Positions 24,318 to 37,640 of a DNA stretch of 64,000 nucleotides are shown here, piece by piece. The translations under genes and the position numbers were made by a program. Source of the stretch: Squalus acanthias (Eukaryota); NCBI GenBank assembly GCA_030390025.1, contig CM059438.1, forward strand, positions 70,000,001 to 70,064,000, written 5' to 3'. Each line of letters starts with the position of its first letter. Position 1 is the stretch's first letter. The notes beneath the pieces were generated by a model that worked only from the letters and a program-made list of their open reading frames with translations, had not been told where the DNA came from and made no database searches.

Positions 24318-25579
24318 CACAGAGGCAGGAGCTACTGGTCTGATTCAGCCATATCAGGAGGAATTTGATGAAGCTGAAAGTGATTGAGGAGAAGTGGAAT
24401 TGAAGTATTTTTTTAAAAATATTTTAATTTTAAAAATAGATGAGCATATCTTGCCCAATTTTCTGCCTTTCCGTTCTAAAGATGGTACCTAGTCCGTTTT
24501 TGAGCCCAAGCTGTCAGGGTCAGTATTCCACTATGGATGAAATCACAACTGAAGACGAGGCTGAACCTGTGCTCAACCAACTTTTACACATGCTCACTTT
24601 GCAGCATGATTCAGCGAGACATTCCTGATGTCTACGGCTCAAACGACAGCAGGATTTAACGGGTGGAAATCAGGAATGAGAACCCTAAAAAAAAAATTCT
24701 CCCTCTCCCAAATCAAGTTGTTCTGAGGCCGATTGTGGCTCCACAACTGCTACCTCAGCTGAAATCAGCTAATGCTCCACTGGTTAAGATTGATTTCTGT
24801 GACCTTCGGTGACTGTCCATTTTTGAATGAAAGCCATAAATGAGTGGGCTTGATTATGATGATACGTTTCAACACCTATGTATTATGGTTTTGAATTTGT
24901 ACCTTTTATAATTCCCGGGGATGTAAGCAACATGCAGCACATTGGCGTTAGCTGAGTGCAGCTTAGCAATAATGTGAGGAGCAATTTTAACCCAAGAAGG
25001 TGGAAGAGTCAAGGTCTGACAACATTGAGGGGACTGGAGTTTGGCAGCATTAACGGGGGCATTGGGATCCAGGAACATTAGAGAAGGGGTCTTGAGGTCT
25101 CGAAGCAATGAATGGAAATCTTGCGTATTGGGTCTTGGCAGGGTCATTAAGTATTGAGGGGAAGATGGGTCCAGGTAAATCTGGGCTGATCCTCTCTGAG
25201 TCCATTTCAGGTCATCGCGTACCCCTGCACCATGTTATTGGGCTTTCAGCCTGGCTCCCAGTTGGACGCCATTTTTAAGCGCAAAGTGTGCTCTCATACT
25301 GTAGTTGCCGATTGCGCACTTGTTCTATAATTACCACAGCAGTAATGAATTCATATGTTTATAGCTAGTTGCACAGATGATATAATTAGTTTCCCCGAAA
25401 TAAACAAACACTGGTGACATAATTAGCTCGTTCTGCTTAACTGAAAAGTTTTATAATTAACTTTGTCCTTAAACAAAAGCCTCGGAACTAAGCTTTTAGC
25501 ATAATAAAGACAGACAGTAATGCATAATTCAGAATTACATGATTAGATCTATGCTGTGTTTCTCCAGTAACTACTGAAA

Positions 25580-25960
25580 GTGTTCTTTGTCTGTAGCCCT
25601 CTAACCTCACCAAACCCCCAAACTCTCCATTCCTGTGGCTTTGGCATCATGTACATTCCACACTTCCTTCAGCATACCATTCCTAAGTCCGAGTCCCCGA
25701 TATTTGCGGGGAGGATATGGGTGAGACCGAAAGCAACTGAAGAACCCGTCAAGGCCGGGGACGCGGAGGTCCTGTCGGATTTATCTGGGTGGGTCGACCC
25801 TCTCCCACCTGTCACGGGGATGGGGGGGTTAATATCGAGTCCCTAGTCTCTGGAATTCTCTCCCTAAAGCCCTCAATCTCTCCCTCCATTAACAACCTCC
25901 TCAAAACCCACCTCTTCGTTAAAACTCCTCATCAACCCTCTTAATATCTCCTTTCCTGGA
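25580..25960 (+). mobile_element. L2-like 3' fragment with a small MITE (~25690-25845) inside
   Basis: ctggaattctctccctaaag...ctcaaaacccacctcttc matches the L2 at 53760-53830; inner ccccgatattt / aatatcgagtccc ends. Confidence 0.55.
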
Positions 25961-25964
25961 TCAG

Positions 25965-27250
25965 TAAAGTTATGCTAACCTTGTATCGAACCTTGGTTAG
26001 ACCACACTTGGAGTACTGCGTACAATTCAGGTCGCCATATTATAAAAAGGATATAGAGGCACTGGAGAGGGTGCAGAGAAGATTTACAAAGATGATACCA
26101 GAAATGTGAGGTGATACCGATCAAGAAAGGATGAACAGACTGGGTCTCTTTTCTCTTGAAAGAAGAAGGCTGAGGGGTGACCTAATAGAGGTCTTTAAAA
26201 TTCTGAAAGGTTTTGTTGAGTAGATACAGAGATTATGGCCTGTATTTTCCGACCCCCACAGGTGTGTACGCACCCGTAGGGGTCTTGCAACCGCCGGTTT
26301 CAGGCATGCGAAGCGCATGCGCTGAAAACCGGCACTTCCGATCTGTCAAGAATTCTCTTGACAGATCCTCCGCCTGCCCTGGAGAAGGGTCTCTGTGGGC
26401 GGAGAGTTCCACTTTCTGCAGAACCTCCGCCCGCTGAAAACCTTTAAAAAACTTACGCCTGGTATTTATAATTTAAAATATTTTTTTAAAAGGTAAGTTT
26501 ATTTTAGCCCTGTATAAAACTTTAATTATTTTTTTCCAAACATTAAATTTTTGTTTAAAATATTTAATTTAATGTAATTTTAACTAATTTTAAATACGTG
26601 ATTTAAAAAAAAAATGTATTTAATGTTTTAGTGTGTTTTTTGAGTGATCCCCATTTATACTTTTGACAGGTCTACGCGGAGAGACCTGTCAAAAGTGTGA
26701 AGGGGGAGGATTCCCTTCTTTGATTGGTTCCCCATGGCCCATGTGATCCCAGAGACGCTTGCGAACTGCCTGCGCCCCTGGGATACCTGGGCCTCTGCGC
26801 GTGCAGACCAGGAGAGGCCCAGCATCAGAGGTGTTGGGACCTACAGAGCCAACAGGTAAGTGCGTAGATTTTTCCAGATCGGAGGCATCCGCACGCAGGA
26901 AGCCTCCGATCGGAAAATCCGGCCCAATGTTTGCACGTGTGGGGAAGAGCAAAACTAGAGGCCATCAATATAAGATAGTCACCAAGAAATTAAATAAGGA
27001 ATTCAGAAGAAACATCTTTAACCAGAGAGTGGTGAGAATGTGGAACTCACTACCAAAGGGATTGGTTGAAGCGAAAAGTATAGATGCATTAAAGAGGCAG
27101 TTAGATAAGCATATGAGGGAGAAGGGAATAGAGGGTTATGCTGATAGAGTTAGATGAGGTAAGACGGGAGGAGGCTCGAGTGAGCATAAACGCCGGCATG
27201 GACTGGTTGGGCCAAATGGCCTGTTTCTGTGCTGTATATCCGATGTAATG
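25965..27250 (+). mobile_element. CR1 3' fragment split by MITE family A
   Basis: [12 protein letters not shown]...RGDLIEVFKI | FARVGKSKTRGH...RVVRMWNSLP. Confidence 0.9.
26236..26925 (-). mobile_element. MITE family A copy 2 (inverted relative to copy 1)
   Basis: Ends ggcctgtattttccga / tcggaaaatccggccc, right flank aat; same internal modules. Confidence 0.88.
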
Positions 27251-28377
27251 TAAAAGATCCATTCCCCATATGCTTCCAGAATCGCCTTAGGGCATTTTTT
27301 AAATATTAAATGTGCTATGTAAATGGCAATTGTTATCTTTCTTTCACTGTCTCTCTGTATTTCAGTCTGTCTCTGTCTCTCTTCCTTTCTCCCTCCCCTC
27401 TTAGTCTCTGTCATCCTCGCTCACTCGCTAGCTGTCTCTGAGTAATGCTGCCTCTTGAGTAAAAATTGTCCTGTAAATTTGAAAGATTACTTGAAGTTAA
27501 TGAATGTTTAAAAACTCACTGCTTGCATTCAAGCAATTTTCAAATAGAGAAATACAGAAATGCTGTCACACTGTGAGGAGATACAGCTTGTACTTGGAAA
27601 ATCCAGAGAGCAGTCTTCTCTACTAATGCATGCTGGGCAAGTCTGCAAATGACACACGCACAGACTACAAAGGTGTAGCGGAATGCTTTAATTGGCTTCA
27701 GCACCAATGGGCCGGGGAGGAGACAATCAGCAGGACTTCCTGCACCTAACAAGAACAACAACAACTTTCATTTGTATAGTGCCTTCAACGAAATAAAACG
27801 TCCCAAAGCGCTTCATAGGAGCGTTATCAAACACAATTTGACACAATTTAACTACAATCCAGTGACCCCTGTTGCAAAGTCTTTGTAAAGGGCCCAATTT
27901 TCCACTGCCCTGTTCCCAAAGAAATGGGTGTAATTCAGATGAAAAATGGCCACAAATCCTTTGTTCCCATTCTGTTCCCGATTAGCACGGCACACATATT
28001 TTCTCTGAGGCTTTTCTGGTCTCGTCACTGACTGTGCCTGTAGAGAGTACAGCAAACTAAAGTACCTACAAATGAATGTCAGAGGGCTTTGCAAACAGAT
28101 TTTCTCTCATAGCACTGGGTGCCCCCTTAAAAATCTGATACTACTGCTTTCTGAGCTATTGTTGGGCACTATCCGACATTACAACAGTGACTACACTTCC
28201 AAAAGTACTTCATTGGTTGTAAAGCGCTTTGGGACATCCTGAGGTTGTGAAAAGTGCGATAGAAATGCAATTCTTTCTTTTATCCGTCGTAACGGACATG
28301 CTGGTATTGTCAATAAGGTTCTTTACTTTTACTATTTGAATAAAAATGGTTCAACTGCTCATTACCGAACGCTGTAT

Positions 28378-29270
28378 GGGGTAAAAATTCAGTTGGTTGC
28401 GCCTCCCGTTAGCGCCTTAAGAGGGCGCTAATGGGGCGCAAAGCCGCTAACGCCCGGGTGCAGCGATGTTTGCGCCGCTCGGGAACTTAACTAGACGTTG
28501 TGCGGTGGCGCTAAACTTTACCGCTGCGACCACCTGCGCGCGCAGATTGTGACGTCATTCCATGGTGCAACGCCCTTGTGGCGCCCCGGAGCGGAAATTG
28601 AGTGGCGCCCCCTGCCTTACCGCCTGGCGCATCCAACGACCAGAAGACTGGAACGCTATCAATCGCTGTGGGGCTGGGGGGGGCGCTATTTAAAGGGGGC
28701 CTCTTCCTGGCTTTTATTGTTGGTGGCATTTTTGAACTACGCATTCTGAGAGAGAGAGGGAGAGACTTCTGGAGAGATTCAACGTTGTGTGAAGGAGTTT
28801 TGGGTACTGAGCAGCACTTTGCAGGTTCATTTTGATTTGCCATTCCTTGTATCGATTTAGCAGAGACTGTGGGAGCTGCACTCTGAGCTTTTTGCCTGGT
28901 ACTCTCCATTGTTCTTTCCAGCACATTTGATGTGCAAGTCTCTCCAGGCCGAGATTCAAGGCTGCAATGAACAGGATGTGGATGGAAAGCAAGATTAACC
29001 ATCCCCTTTAAGAACTGGCCCGTGCCATTGTGTGTGTGTTCCATTGCTGACTGACATTACATGAGCTTCGCCAGCGCTCTGAGTTAGCGCCTCACTCCTT
29101 GGCCTTTGCGCCTTAAGACAGGTGTGCAGCGCCTGATTTAGCGCTCCACTCACCTCCCGGGGCGGTAAAAGTGAAGTTTCCAGTCAGTGGCGATAATTAG
29201 CGCCAGGCGCTAATATTTGTGTCCAGACGATATTTGCGCCCCAAATGGGGCGCAACCTAATTTTTACCCC
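28378..29270. mobile_element. Harbinger-type non-autonomous element with GCGCC-rich subtermini
   Basis: TIR ggggtaaaaatt / aatttttacccc; many tagcgcc/ggcgcta motifs near both ends. Confidence 0.75.
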
Positions 29271-32059
29271 TTAGTCTTTTACACCTACCGAAGGAGGCTG
29301 AGCCCAGTACTGTGCCCCTCCCTCAGCCTCCACCTTCCATTTTTTGTGCTTTGGCTTATTTGGAGGTAGACTGGGGAAAACAAACATAAACCCCCCTTGA
29401 CAGCTACTGAAGAAATCCGGCTGGGTCTCTCCAAGTCACAAAAACTGCGTCCCTACCACAGAGTAAGAAATCCCCCTCCCCTGACCAGACAACTGCTCCA
29501 CCCAGCCTAACTAAAACAAGAAGCCTCAGAGTCAAACCTCTGTTCCTATTCCCACACCTTGTTTCTTCACACCTACACACATTTCCCATTTTGCTCCACC
29601 GACTGCTTGGCACCACAGAGCTGCATTCTTACCAACTCCCTGCAAGGCAAACTGCAGGGGGTGTCCAGACTGCTGCTTGGGGAGGTCCTGCCATCACAGC
29701 TAGGTGCCGTAGCAGGAACTCACTCACCGTGTTGTTTCGCTGCACCTAAGAGTAGCCTGTTTGCCTGCTTCATTACAATGAGTCCCGACAGAAAGATCAG
29801 GCGCTGAAAAGGTCACCATAGTGAAACACAGCGCTAACCCCCTGGACAGCACCGAGGGAGGAAGATCAGCCCCTATATGTATGGAAGGTGGGTAAGGCTG
29901 TAATTTTACCCATCTTGTTGTCTAAGCTCACCTGGGCGCCCAGTGTTCAATGAGCTATGCCTCACTCGCCATCTGTGCTTTCAGGTGAGGAGCAGAGAAC
30001 TTTGGCCCAAGCCATTACTGAAGAAGCTACACATCATGTTCACGGTACTTCTGTGAATACTGATCCACTCATTAAAAAAAAATGAAAAGATAAATTTTAC
30101 CAATGGTAAATTTAATCAAAAAAGCTGCAACACTGGTTAATCCACCAGGTAGAACGCCCACCAATCTTGTGTCGAGTTGGTTTTTTTTTCGTACTTGTGG
30201 GAAGAAATAGGCAGCAAGTGTCGCTTAGATTGCTTTCTATTTGTCTTATTTCACTGGTGATGTGCAAGAAGAAAAAGGCAGAGCAGGAATGAATGAGCTT
30301 CAGCACATTGACAGAGAAAGTCGAGGGGAAGGGAGAGGAAGCGATGGCAGCAAAAGGAAATGATAAATGTTTCGCTGCGTCATTTCTTGGAAGCATGCGC
30401 GCATAGGCACGCATAGAACATACTCCGGGGGAAAGCCGTGCCGGTATTCTGCAGAAAAGTCCCATTATGGCTTGGGAAGGAATTTCATATCCGATTTATC
30501 TTACAGCGCTGCCTCAGCAAATCCCAGAAACAACCCTGGTACTGCTTGAGTGTAAACGAGGCAGTGTATATGCCTCTGGAGGAAGGCAGCACGTTCAAAG
30601 GTGCCCTTATGTTGCGTGAGGCCTACACTGTTGTCACTGGGCTCCAGAAGGGCCTGTCTTGTGCTGTCGGCTGCAACCAGGTGTAAAACTGCCAGGGTTC
30701 ACTAAGCCCACTTGCTAGGAAGACTTGCTTTCAAGAGGTCTTCATGAGTCCCAGCAGTTTTACATTTGGCTTGAAGTCGGCTGCACGAGACCCCACATAT
30801 CTATAACCCAGTAGCGCAAACACAATATAAAAAGCACCTTCAAAATAAATGGCTGCCTGTCATCAGGGTTGTCACTTGATTCATCTCCCTGGGCAGATTG
30901 ATTGCTCAGCTTGCTTATATCTTCCAGCAAAGCTGGTTCCAGATTTGATCTTGCTTTGCTGAATCCGCCTACAAATAAATGGGATAAATTCGGCACAAGA
31001 AGAAGTGGGTATAAATGGAATTATTTACAGCAAAAGGGAAAATACTGCGGATGCTGGAAATCTGAAATAAAAAGCCTTGTTTACAACAACAAGTCTTGCC
31101 CAGGAATTCTGGTTTCATATTGTAAAAGGCACCATTTAGCAGAGGAAAGAGTTGCTTAAGAAGAAAATAATGAAGAGAAACACAGACGGGTAGATTGCAC
31201 AGTGCAGTTATTGTTTTATCCAGCTAGAAATAGTAAAGTTTCAGTTGCAATTTGAGACTACATGCACGGCTGAATGAACGCTGATTGTAATGTGGTGAAT
31301 TGTTATCCCGGGGTTTGCAGAGAAAGTGCTGATGTGCCAATGAAAGTAGCAGCCAAATGCACAGCAGGGGCTGTTCCTTTTTTAAAAATTGGTTCTTCAA
31401 ATCGAGAAAGGAAGAAAGGAAAGATGGTATCTCTGTGTGACTTTTAACATCTTCACAAGTGCAAATTAAATTGCCCCCTAATTTCCTTTTTCAAGGTTTA
31501 ATTTGAAGCAAATTGGCTCTTGCCTGCCAGATCTTTGCTGGCTTCTGCATGTTATTCGCTGTTAGCCATCGTATTCCACGTTTGCATACATTACATGGAA
31601 GTCAAACAGATGCAATTCAGGAGAACTGGCTTCAGGTTACAGAATGATGAGCAATAAAAGGAGGCAGAGGTAAGGTACAAAGGGAGGTGAACCCCTGCCA
31701 AAGATGACAGCTTGCTGATTTAGGGATTGGTTAAAGATAATGCATCAATGCTTGGTGTCACCGTACCGCAGGTTTATGCTCGTAATTCCCCATTTGGGCT
31801 GTTCCTAAGCTTGGCATTGCCATCTCGGGGAAAGGCAGCAAACAGAAAGCAGCCACAGGTTCCCCCAGTGGCTCAGTGGATTTAAGCAGTAGGTATCTAA
31901 ACCAAACAGCCCAGGAACGTCTATGATCCTCGCTCATTGATGTAGTAGTTGATCTCTGCAGGGTCCCAATTGGGACATTGCAATTGGTCTCGGTACCACT
32001 TGGTTAGGGACGGGAAATCAGCCAGCGTTCCTGCTTCTGAGATTTGAGCAGGTAACCTA

Positions 32060-32415
32060 AGCTGACACCTCAGTGAAACTGCACTGTCAGAGGTGCCGTT
32101 GTTCAGATGAGATGTTAAACCGAGGCCCTGTCTGCCCCCTCAGGTGGGCGTAAAAGATCCCACAGCACTATTTGAATAAAAGCAGAGGAGTTCTTCTGGT
32201 GTTCTAACCCATATTTATCCCTCAACCAACCAACATAACTAAAAATAATATTATTTTTTTATTATCTCATTCCTTTTTGTGGGACCTTGCTGCGTCCAAA
32301 TCGGCTGTCACGTTTCCCTACATTAAAACAGTGACTACGCTTCAAAGTACTTCATTGACTGTAATGTTGTTTGGAACATCTCAAGGTCATGAAAGCTACT
32401 ACATAAATGCATATT
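32060..32415 (+). mobile_element. 5'-truncated Deu-domain SINE
   Basis: gcactgtcagaggtgccgtt...gatgagatgttaaaccgaggccc. Confidence 0.8.
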
Positions 32416-32552
32416 AGTTCTAATTTTTTCCTTTGCACCACTCATAAGTCAAGGGGATGGCAGTCAACTACCTCATAGGTCTCTACCAATGCTTCCGTTG
32501 CATCAGCAGAAAGCAGGTGTACAATAGCGGGCAGGGTGCTGATTTATAGAGT

Positions 32553-34468
32553 ATGAGGGGAAAAATAGAGTATGAGAGTAAACTTGCAAGGAACATAAAA
32601 GCATACTGTAAAAGCTTCTACAAGTATGTAAAAAGAAAAAGATTAGTAAAGATAAATGTAGGTCCCTTACAGTCAGAAACAGGAGTATTTATAATGGGGA
32701 ACAAGGAAATGGCTGAGCAATTAAACAAATACTTTGGTTCTGTCTTCACGGAAGAGGACACAAATAACTTCTCAGAAGTGCTAGGGAACCAAGGGTCTAG
32801 TGAGAAGGAGGAATTAAAGGAAATTAGTATTAGTAAAAAAAATAGTGCTGGAGAAATTAATGGGACTGAAAGCCGATAAATCCCCAGGGCCTGATAATCT
32901 GCATCCCAGAGTACTAAAAGAGGTAGCCATGGAAATAGTGGATGCATTGGTTGTCATCTTACAAAATTCTACAGATTCCTGCAGATTGGAGGGTGGCAAA
33001 TGTAACCCCACTATTTAAAAAAGGAGGGAGAGAGAAAACAGGGAACTACAGACCCGTTAGCCTAACATCAGTAGTAGGGAAAATGCTAGAGTCTATTCTG
33101 AAGGATGTGATAACAGGACACTTAGAAAATATCAATGGGATTAGACAAAGTCAACATGGATTTATGAAAGGGAAATCGTGTTTGACAAACCTACTGGAGT
33201 TTTTTGAGGATGTAACTGGTAGAATAGATAAGGGAGAACCAGTGGATGTGGTGTATTTAGATTTTCAGAAGGCCTTTGATAAAGTCCCACATAAGAGGTT
33301 CGTGTGCAAAATTAAAGCACATGGGATTGGGGGTAATATACTGGCATGGATTGAAAATTGGTTAACAGACAGGAAACAGAGAGTAGGAATAAATGGGTCT
33401 TTTCGGGGTGGCAGGTGGTGACGAGTGGGGTACCGCAGGGATCAGTGCTTGGGCCCCAGCTATTCAGAATATATATCAATGATTTGGATGAGGGAACCAA
33501 ATGTAATATTTCCAAGTTTGCTGATGACACAAAACTAGGTGGGATTGTGAGTTGTGAGGAGGATGCAAAGAGGCTTCAAGGCGATTTAGACAAGTTGAGT
33601 GAGTGGGCAAATACATGGCAGATACAGTATAGCGTGGATAACTGTGAAGTTCTCCATTTTGGTAGGAAAAACAGAAAGGCAGAGTATTATTTAAATCCCG
33701 ATAGATTGGGAAATGCTGATGTACAAAGGGACCTGGGTGTCCTTGTACACCAGTCACTGAAAGCAAACATGCAGGTGCAGTAAGCAGTTAGGAAGGCAAA
33801 TGGTATGTTGGCCTTCATTGCAAGAGGATTTGAGTACAGGAGCAAAGATGTCTTACTACAGTTATACAGGGCCTTGGTGAGACCACACCTGGAGTACTGT
33901 GTGCAGTTTTGGTCTCTTTACCTAAGAAAGGATATACTTGCCATGGAGGGAGTGCAGCAAAGGTTCACCAGACTGATTCCTGGGATGGCAGGACTGTCGT
34001 ATGAGGAGAGATTAGGTCAACTAGGCCTGTATTCACTAGAGTTTAGAAGAATGATAGGGGATCTCATTGAAACGTATAAAATTCTGACAGGGCTGCACAG
34101 ACTGGATGCAGGGAGGATGTTTCCTCTGGCTGGGGGGTCGAGAACGAGGGGTCACAGTCTCAGGATACGGGGTAGGACATTTAGGACTGAGATGAGGAGA
34201 AATTTCTTCAATCAGAAGGTGGTGAACCTGTGGAATTCTCTACCACAGAAGATTGTGGAGGCCAAGTCACTGAATATATTTAAGAAGGAGATAGATAGAA
34301 TTCTAGACACAATTGTTATCAAGGGGTATCGGGGAGAGAGTGGGAATATGGTATTGAGATAGAGGATCAGCCATGATCATATTGAATGGCGGAGCAGGCT
34401 CGAAGGGCCGAATGGCCTACTCCTGCTCCTATTTTTCTATGTTTCTATGTTCTATTCTATGTTTCTAT
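32553..34468 (+). mobile_element. 5'-truncated CR1 with frameshifted RT and 3'-UTR
   Basis: SPGPD, YRPVSLTS, LDFQKAFDKV, FADD; tail (ttctatgt)n. Confidence 0.95.
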
Positions 34469-35088
34469 GTTATCCTACTCCCTTCCACTTTTTGTGTCAG
34501 CCATCTCTACTGATGACATAATTGAGATCTGCAGCTCGTACATGTGGGGAATCGCAGTTATGTTGCTGCATCTTGGAGCCTGAAAACACTCCAGATGCCT
34601 TTGAGTCTGGCATTGGTCTGATTTAAATTGACTGTTTGTATGGCTACCAGCTATTGCACAGGAAATGGGGCCTTTGTCCTTTGTTAAAATCAGTTCATGA
34701 AGGTCTTATTGGCCCAACATGAATGTTTTTCTTCCTTAACGGGCAAAATTAGGAATTAATTAGTATGCTGGTGGTTTTATTTTTGAATGCCTCACCGTCT
34801 CTTCTGGGTTAGCTTGTGTGAATCAATTTATTCAAACAGAGGTGAATAAATATTTTTTTTACTTAAACGAAGCTTCATCCCTTTCCCCCACAAGGCATCG
34901 TTGCAGCATCGTTCTGTGCATACGCAAAGCATCAGTTTAATGTCAAGAGGTGTACACATTTAATCAGTTGCACTCGAGCAATTTTCATCCTGTTGTCTGC
35001 GGCGGAGTGTAGAAGCAATCAGTGGCTCGCTATTTGGAGTTTAGATCTGTAAAAAAATTAAAATAATGGGCTGTTTCCTACAGACAAT

Positions 35089-35817
35089 GGCCTGGAGTTT
35101 CCGCTTGATGACGCTGGTTTTGTTTCAGCGCAAAAAGATCGCGGAATTTTAAGTGCAAATTGCGTTCAGCGCAACTTGAGTCTCCGCAATATTTTGCATT
35201 ACTTTTAAAAACATCATGCTGGAAGCAGGCCCCACCCACAAAACCGGCTATGCCCCCCAGGTTGAATTAATCACTATGGCGTGTTTCCGCTAATTACGCT
35301 TGTTTGCAGGCCTTGAAGGAGGCTCCAAAAATTAAGGTGGAACTTTTTGGCGCAAGGTGACTAAAAGGTACGCTTTGAAAGGTTTTGAATGTCATTTTTT
35401 TTTTCATTTACTATGGAATTGACTACTTCACCCCAATCGAACTAGCAAATAGTTCTGTATATTTTTTTAAGAGTAATTTTCAGTAATTTAAAATTGGGTT
35501 CCTCACAGGTGGTGGATTGGCACTGTGATTTAAAATGCTTATTTTTTTGTGATAAACCAATTTTCAGCTGTATTAAATCAAACTGCACCAGGTTACCACT
35601 CTTAAGTATATCAGAGAATACTTTTTAAAGCAATTTTTTTTTTTTAATTACATTTTAAAATGCTGCCCGATTGCGCTGGTTCACGACAGATTTTGGGTTC
35701 GGTGATATGCAAATAAGTTTGAGCGGAAACTTGAGGGGGGGGAAAAAAAACACTTTTCAAAGCGGGCGCAATTTGCGCTGGAATCGCCGATTACACCCAA
35801 ACCGAAAACTATATTGC
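35089..35817 (+). mobile_element. Harbinger-type MITE family B copy 1
   Basis: Starts ggcctggagtttccgc after aat; collinear with 43745-45546 and, inverted, with ~47700-48425. Confidence 0.75.
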
Positions 35818-35852
35818 AGAGAATACAAGGAGAGCAGCTCACTTTGTCATGA

Positions 35853-36310
35853 ATTACATAGAATGTACAGCACAGAAACAGGCCATTCGGCCCAACTGGT
35901 CAATGCCAGTGTTTATGCTCCACATGAGACTCTCTTCGTCTAACCCTATCAGCATGACCTTCTATTCCTTTCTCCCTCATGTCTTTATCTGGTTTCCTCT
36001 TAAATGTATCTATGCTATTCACCTCAACCACGCCTTGTGGGTAGCGAGTTCCACAGTCTAACTACTCTCTGGGTAAAGAAGTTTCTCCTGAATTCCCTGT
36101 TGGATTTATTAGTCACTATCTCATATTTATGGCCCCGAGTTTTGGTTCCCCACAAGTGGAAACAACTTCTCTACGTCTACCCTATCAAACTGTTTCATAA
36201 TCTGAAAGACCTCTATCAGGTCACCCCTCAGCAAGTTTAATTTAACGTGTCTGCTTTTCAATTCTATCCCTCTAAAAAATGAAACCCAGTGCTTTGTTGG
36301 CTTTATTTAT
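35853..36310 (-). mobile_element. CR1 3' fragment
   Basis: Antisense tail acagcacagaaacaggccattcggccc and RT C-terminal remnants. Confidence 0.85.
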
Positions 36311-36993
36311 GCTTTTGCATCTCACAGTATTTGAATTCTTAATGTGAGTGGAGCAGGAAAAAAAAAGTATTTTCCTGTAAGACCAACAATTTTAGAACTT
36401 GGATGACCCATAGCTTCCTCGAAAGCCAAAATGTAAAACAGACAAATCATTAAGCTTGGAACTGTTCGGATGCTTTTGATTGAGTTCCCGCCCGTGTACA
36501 TACATGGAAAATGTTGAGCTTGGATTGCGTTATATAATATTTATAATACAATATGGGGTAGATTTTCATCATCACACCTTGGATAGTGATCTAGCAGGGC
36601 AGATTGTTTACCCGTTATTGAACCTGCCTGATCTTCATTCCATTGATCCACTCCATCAGATAACCGTCCAGGCATTGAAGGCAAAAATCTACTACATATT
36701 TACAAGTGGATGTCCCATGCCACTGCAAAGTTGGATGAGACGCTATTTTATAATGACAGGATTGGGCTACCATGTAACACATAATTCATTATTCTGCTGT
36801 TAAGGTAGAAGTGAGTCTAAATTGACCTTTTCAATGAAGGCCAGAAATTCAGCTTGCTGCAAATTGGCACACACTGATCTTAATTGCTGTTGCTGAAGGA
36901 AGGTTGCAGGTTACCAGATATTTGTAAATTTCAGTCTCCAGGTTAGAATAAATCAGCATTTTTTTAAATACTTTTGACAATTTTATGTTTGAT

Positions 36994-37450
36994 CACCAGA
37001 ATGATACCCGGACTTCAAGGGCTACGTTACGAGGAGCGATTACACAATTAGAGTTGTATTCCCTCGAATTTAGATGGTTAAGGGGTGATCTGATCGAAGT
37101 TTTCAGGATATTAAGGGGAACCGATAGAGAGAAACTATTTCCACTGGTTGGGGATTCTAGGACTAGGGGGCATAGTCTAAAAATTAGGGCCAGACCTTTC
37201 AGGAGTGAAATTAGGAAACACTTCTACACACAAAGGATGGTAGAAGTTTGGAACTCTCTTCCGCAAACAGCAATTGGTGCTAGATCGATTGTTACTTTTA
37301 AATCTGAGATTGATAGCTTTTTGTTAACCAAAGGTATTAAGGGATATGGGCCAAAGGCGGGTATATGGAGTTCGATCGTAGATCAACCATGATCTCATTG
37401 AATGGCGGAACAGGTTCGAGGGGCTGAATGGCCTACTCCTGTTCCTATGT
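36994..37450 (+). mobile_element. CR1 3' fragment
   Basis: LYSLEFRWLRGDLIEVF..WNSLP; CR1 3'-UTR. Confidence 0.9.
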
Positions 37451-37470
37451 GTGATGGAAATTCACTCCAC

Positions 37471-37640
37471 GGAGTCATTTTGACTTTGGCTGATATGTAA
37501 AACAGGCGTCATTGATTCAACCACCTGTTATACATCTTTCACAATTTTCATTTCCATTGAAGTCAAAATCAGAAGAGATGTATAATGGGCGGCTGAATCG
37601 ATATCACTCATTTTACATAATCGCCCAAAGTCAGTATTAC
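37471..37640. repeat. ~170-bp fold-back MITE
   Basis: ~60-bp imperfect inverted arms gactttggctgatatgtaaaa.../...ttttacataatcgcccaaagtc around a ccattgaagtcaa core. Confidence 0.7.

Noticed and set aside
30112..30686. Cluster of short ORFs in unique sequence
   Set aside because: No recognisable protein and no convincing splice-site pair.
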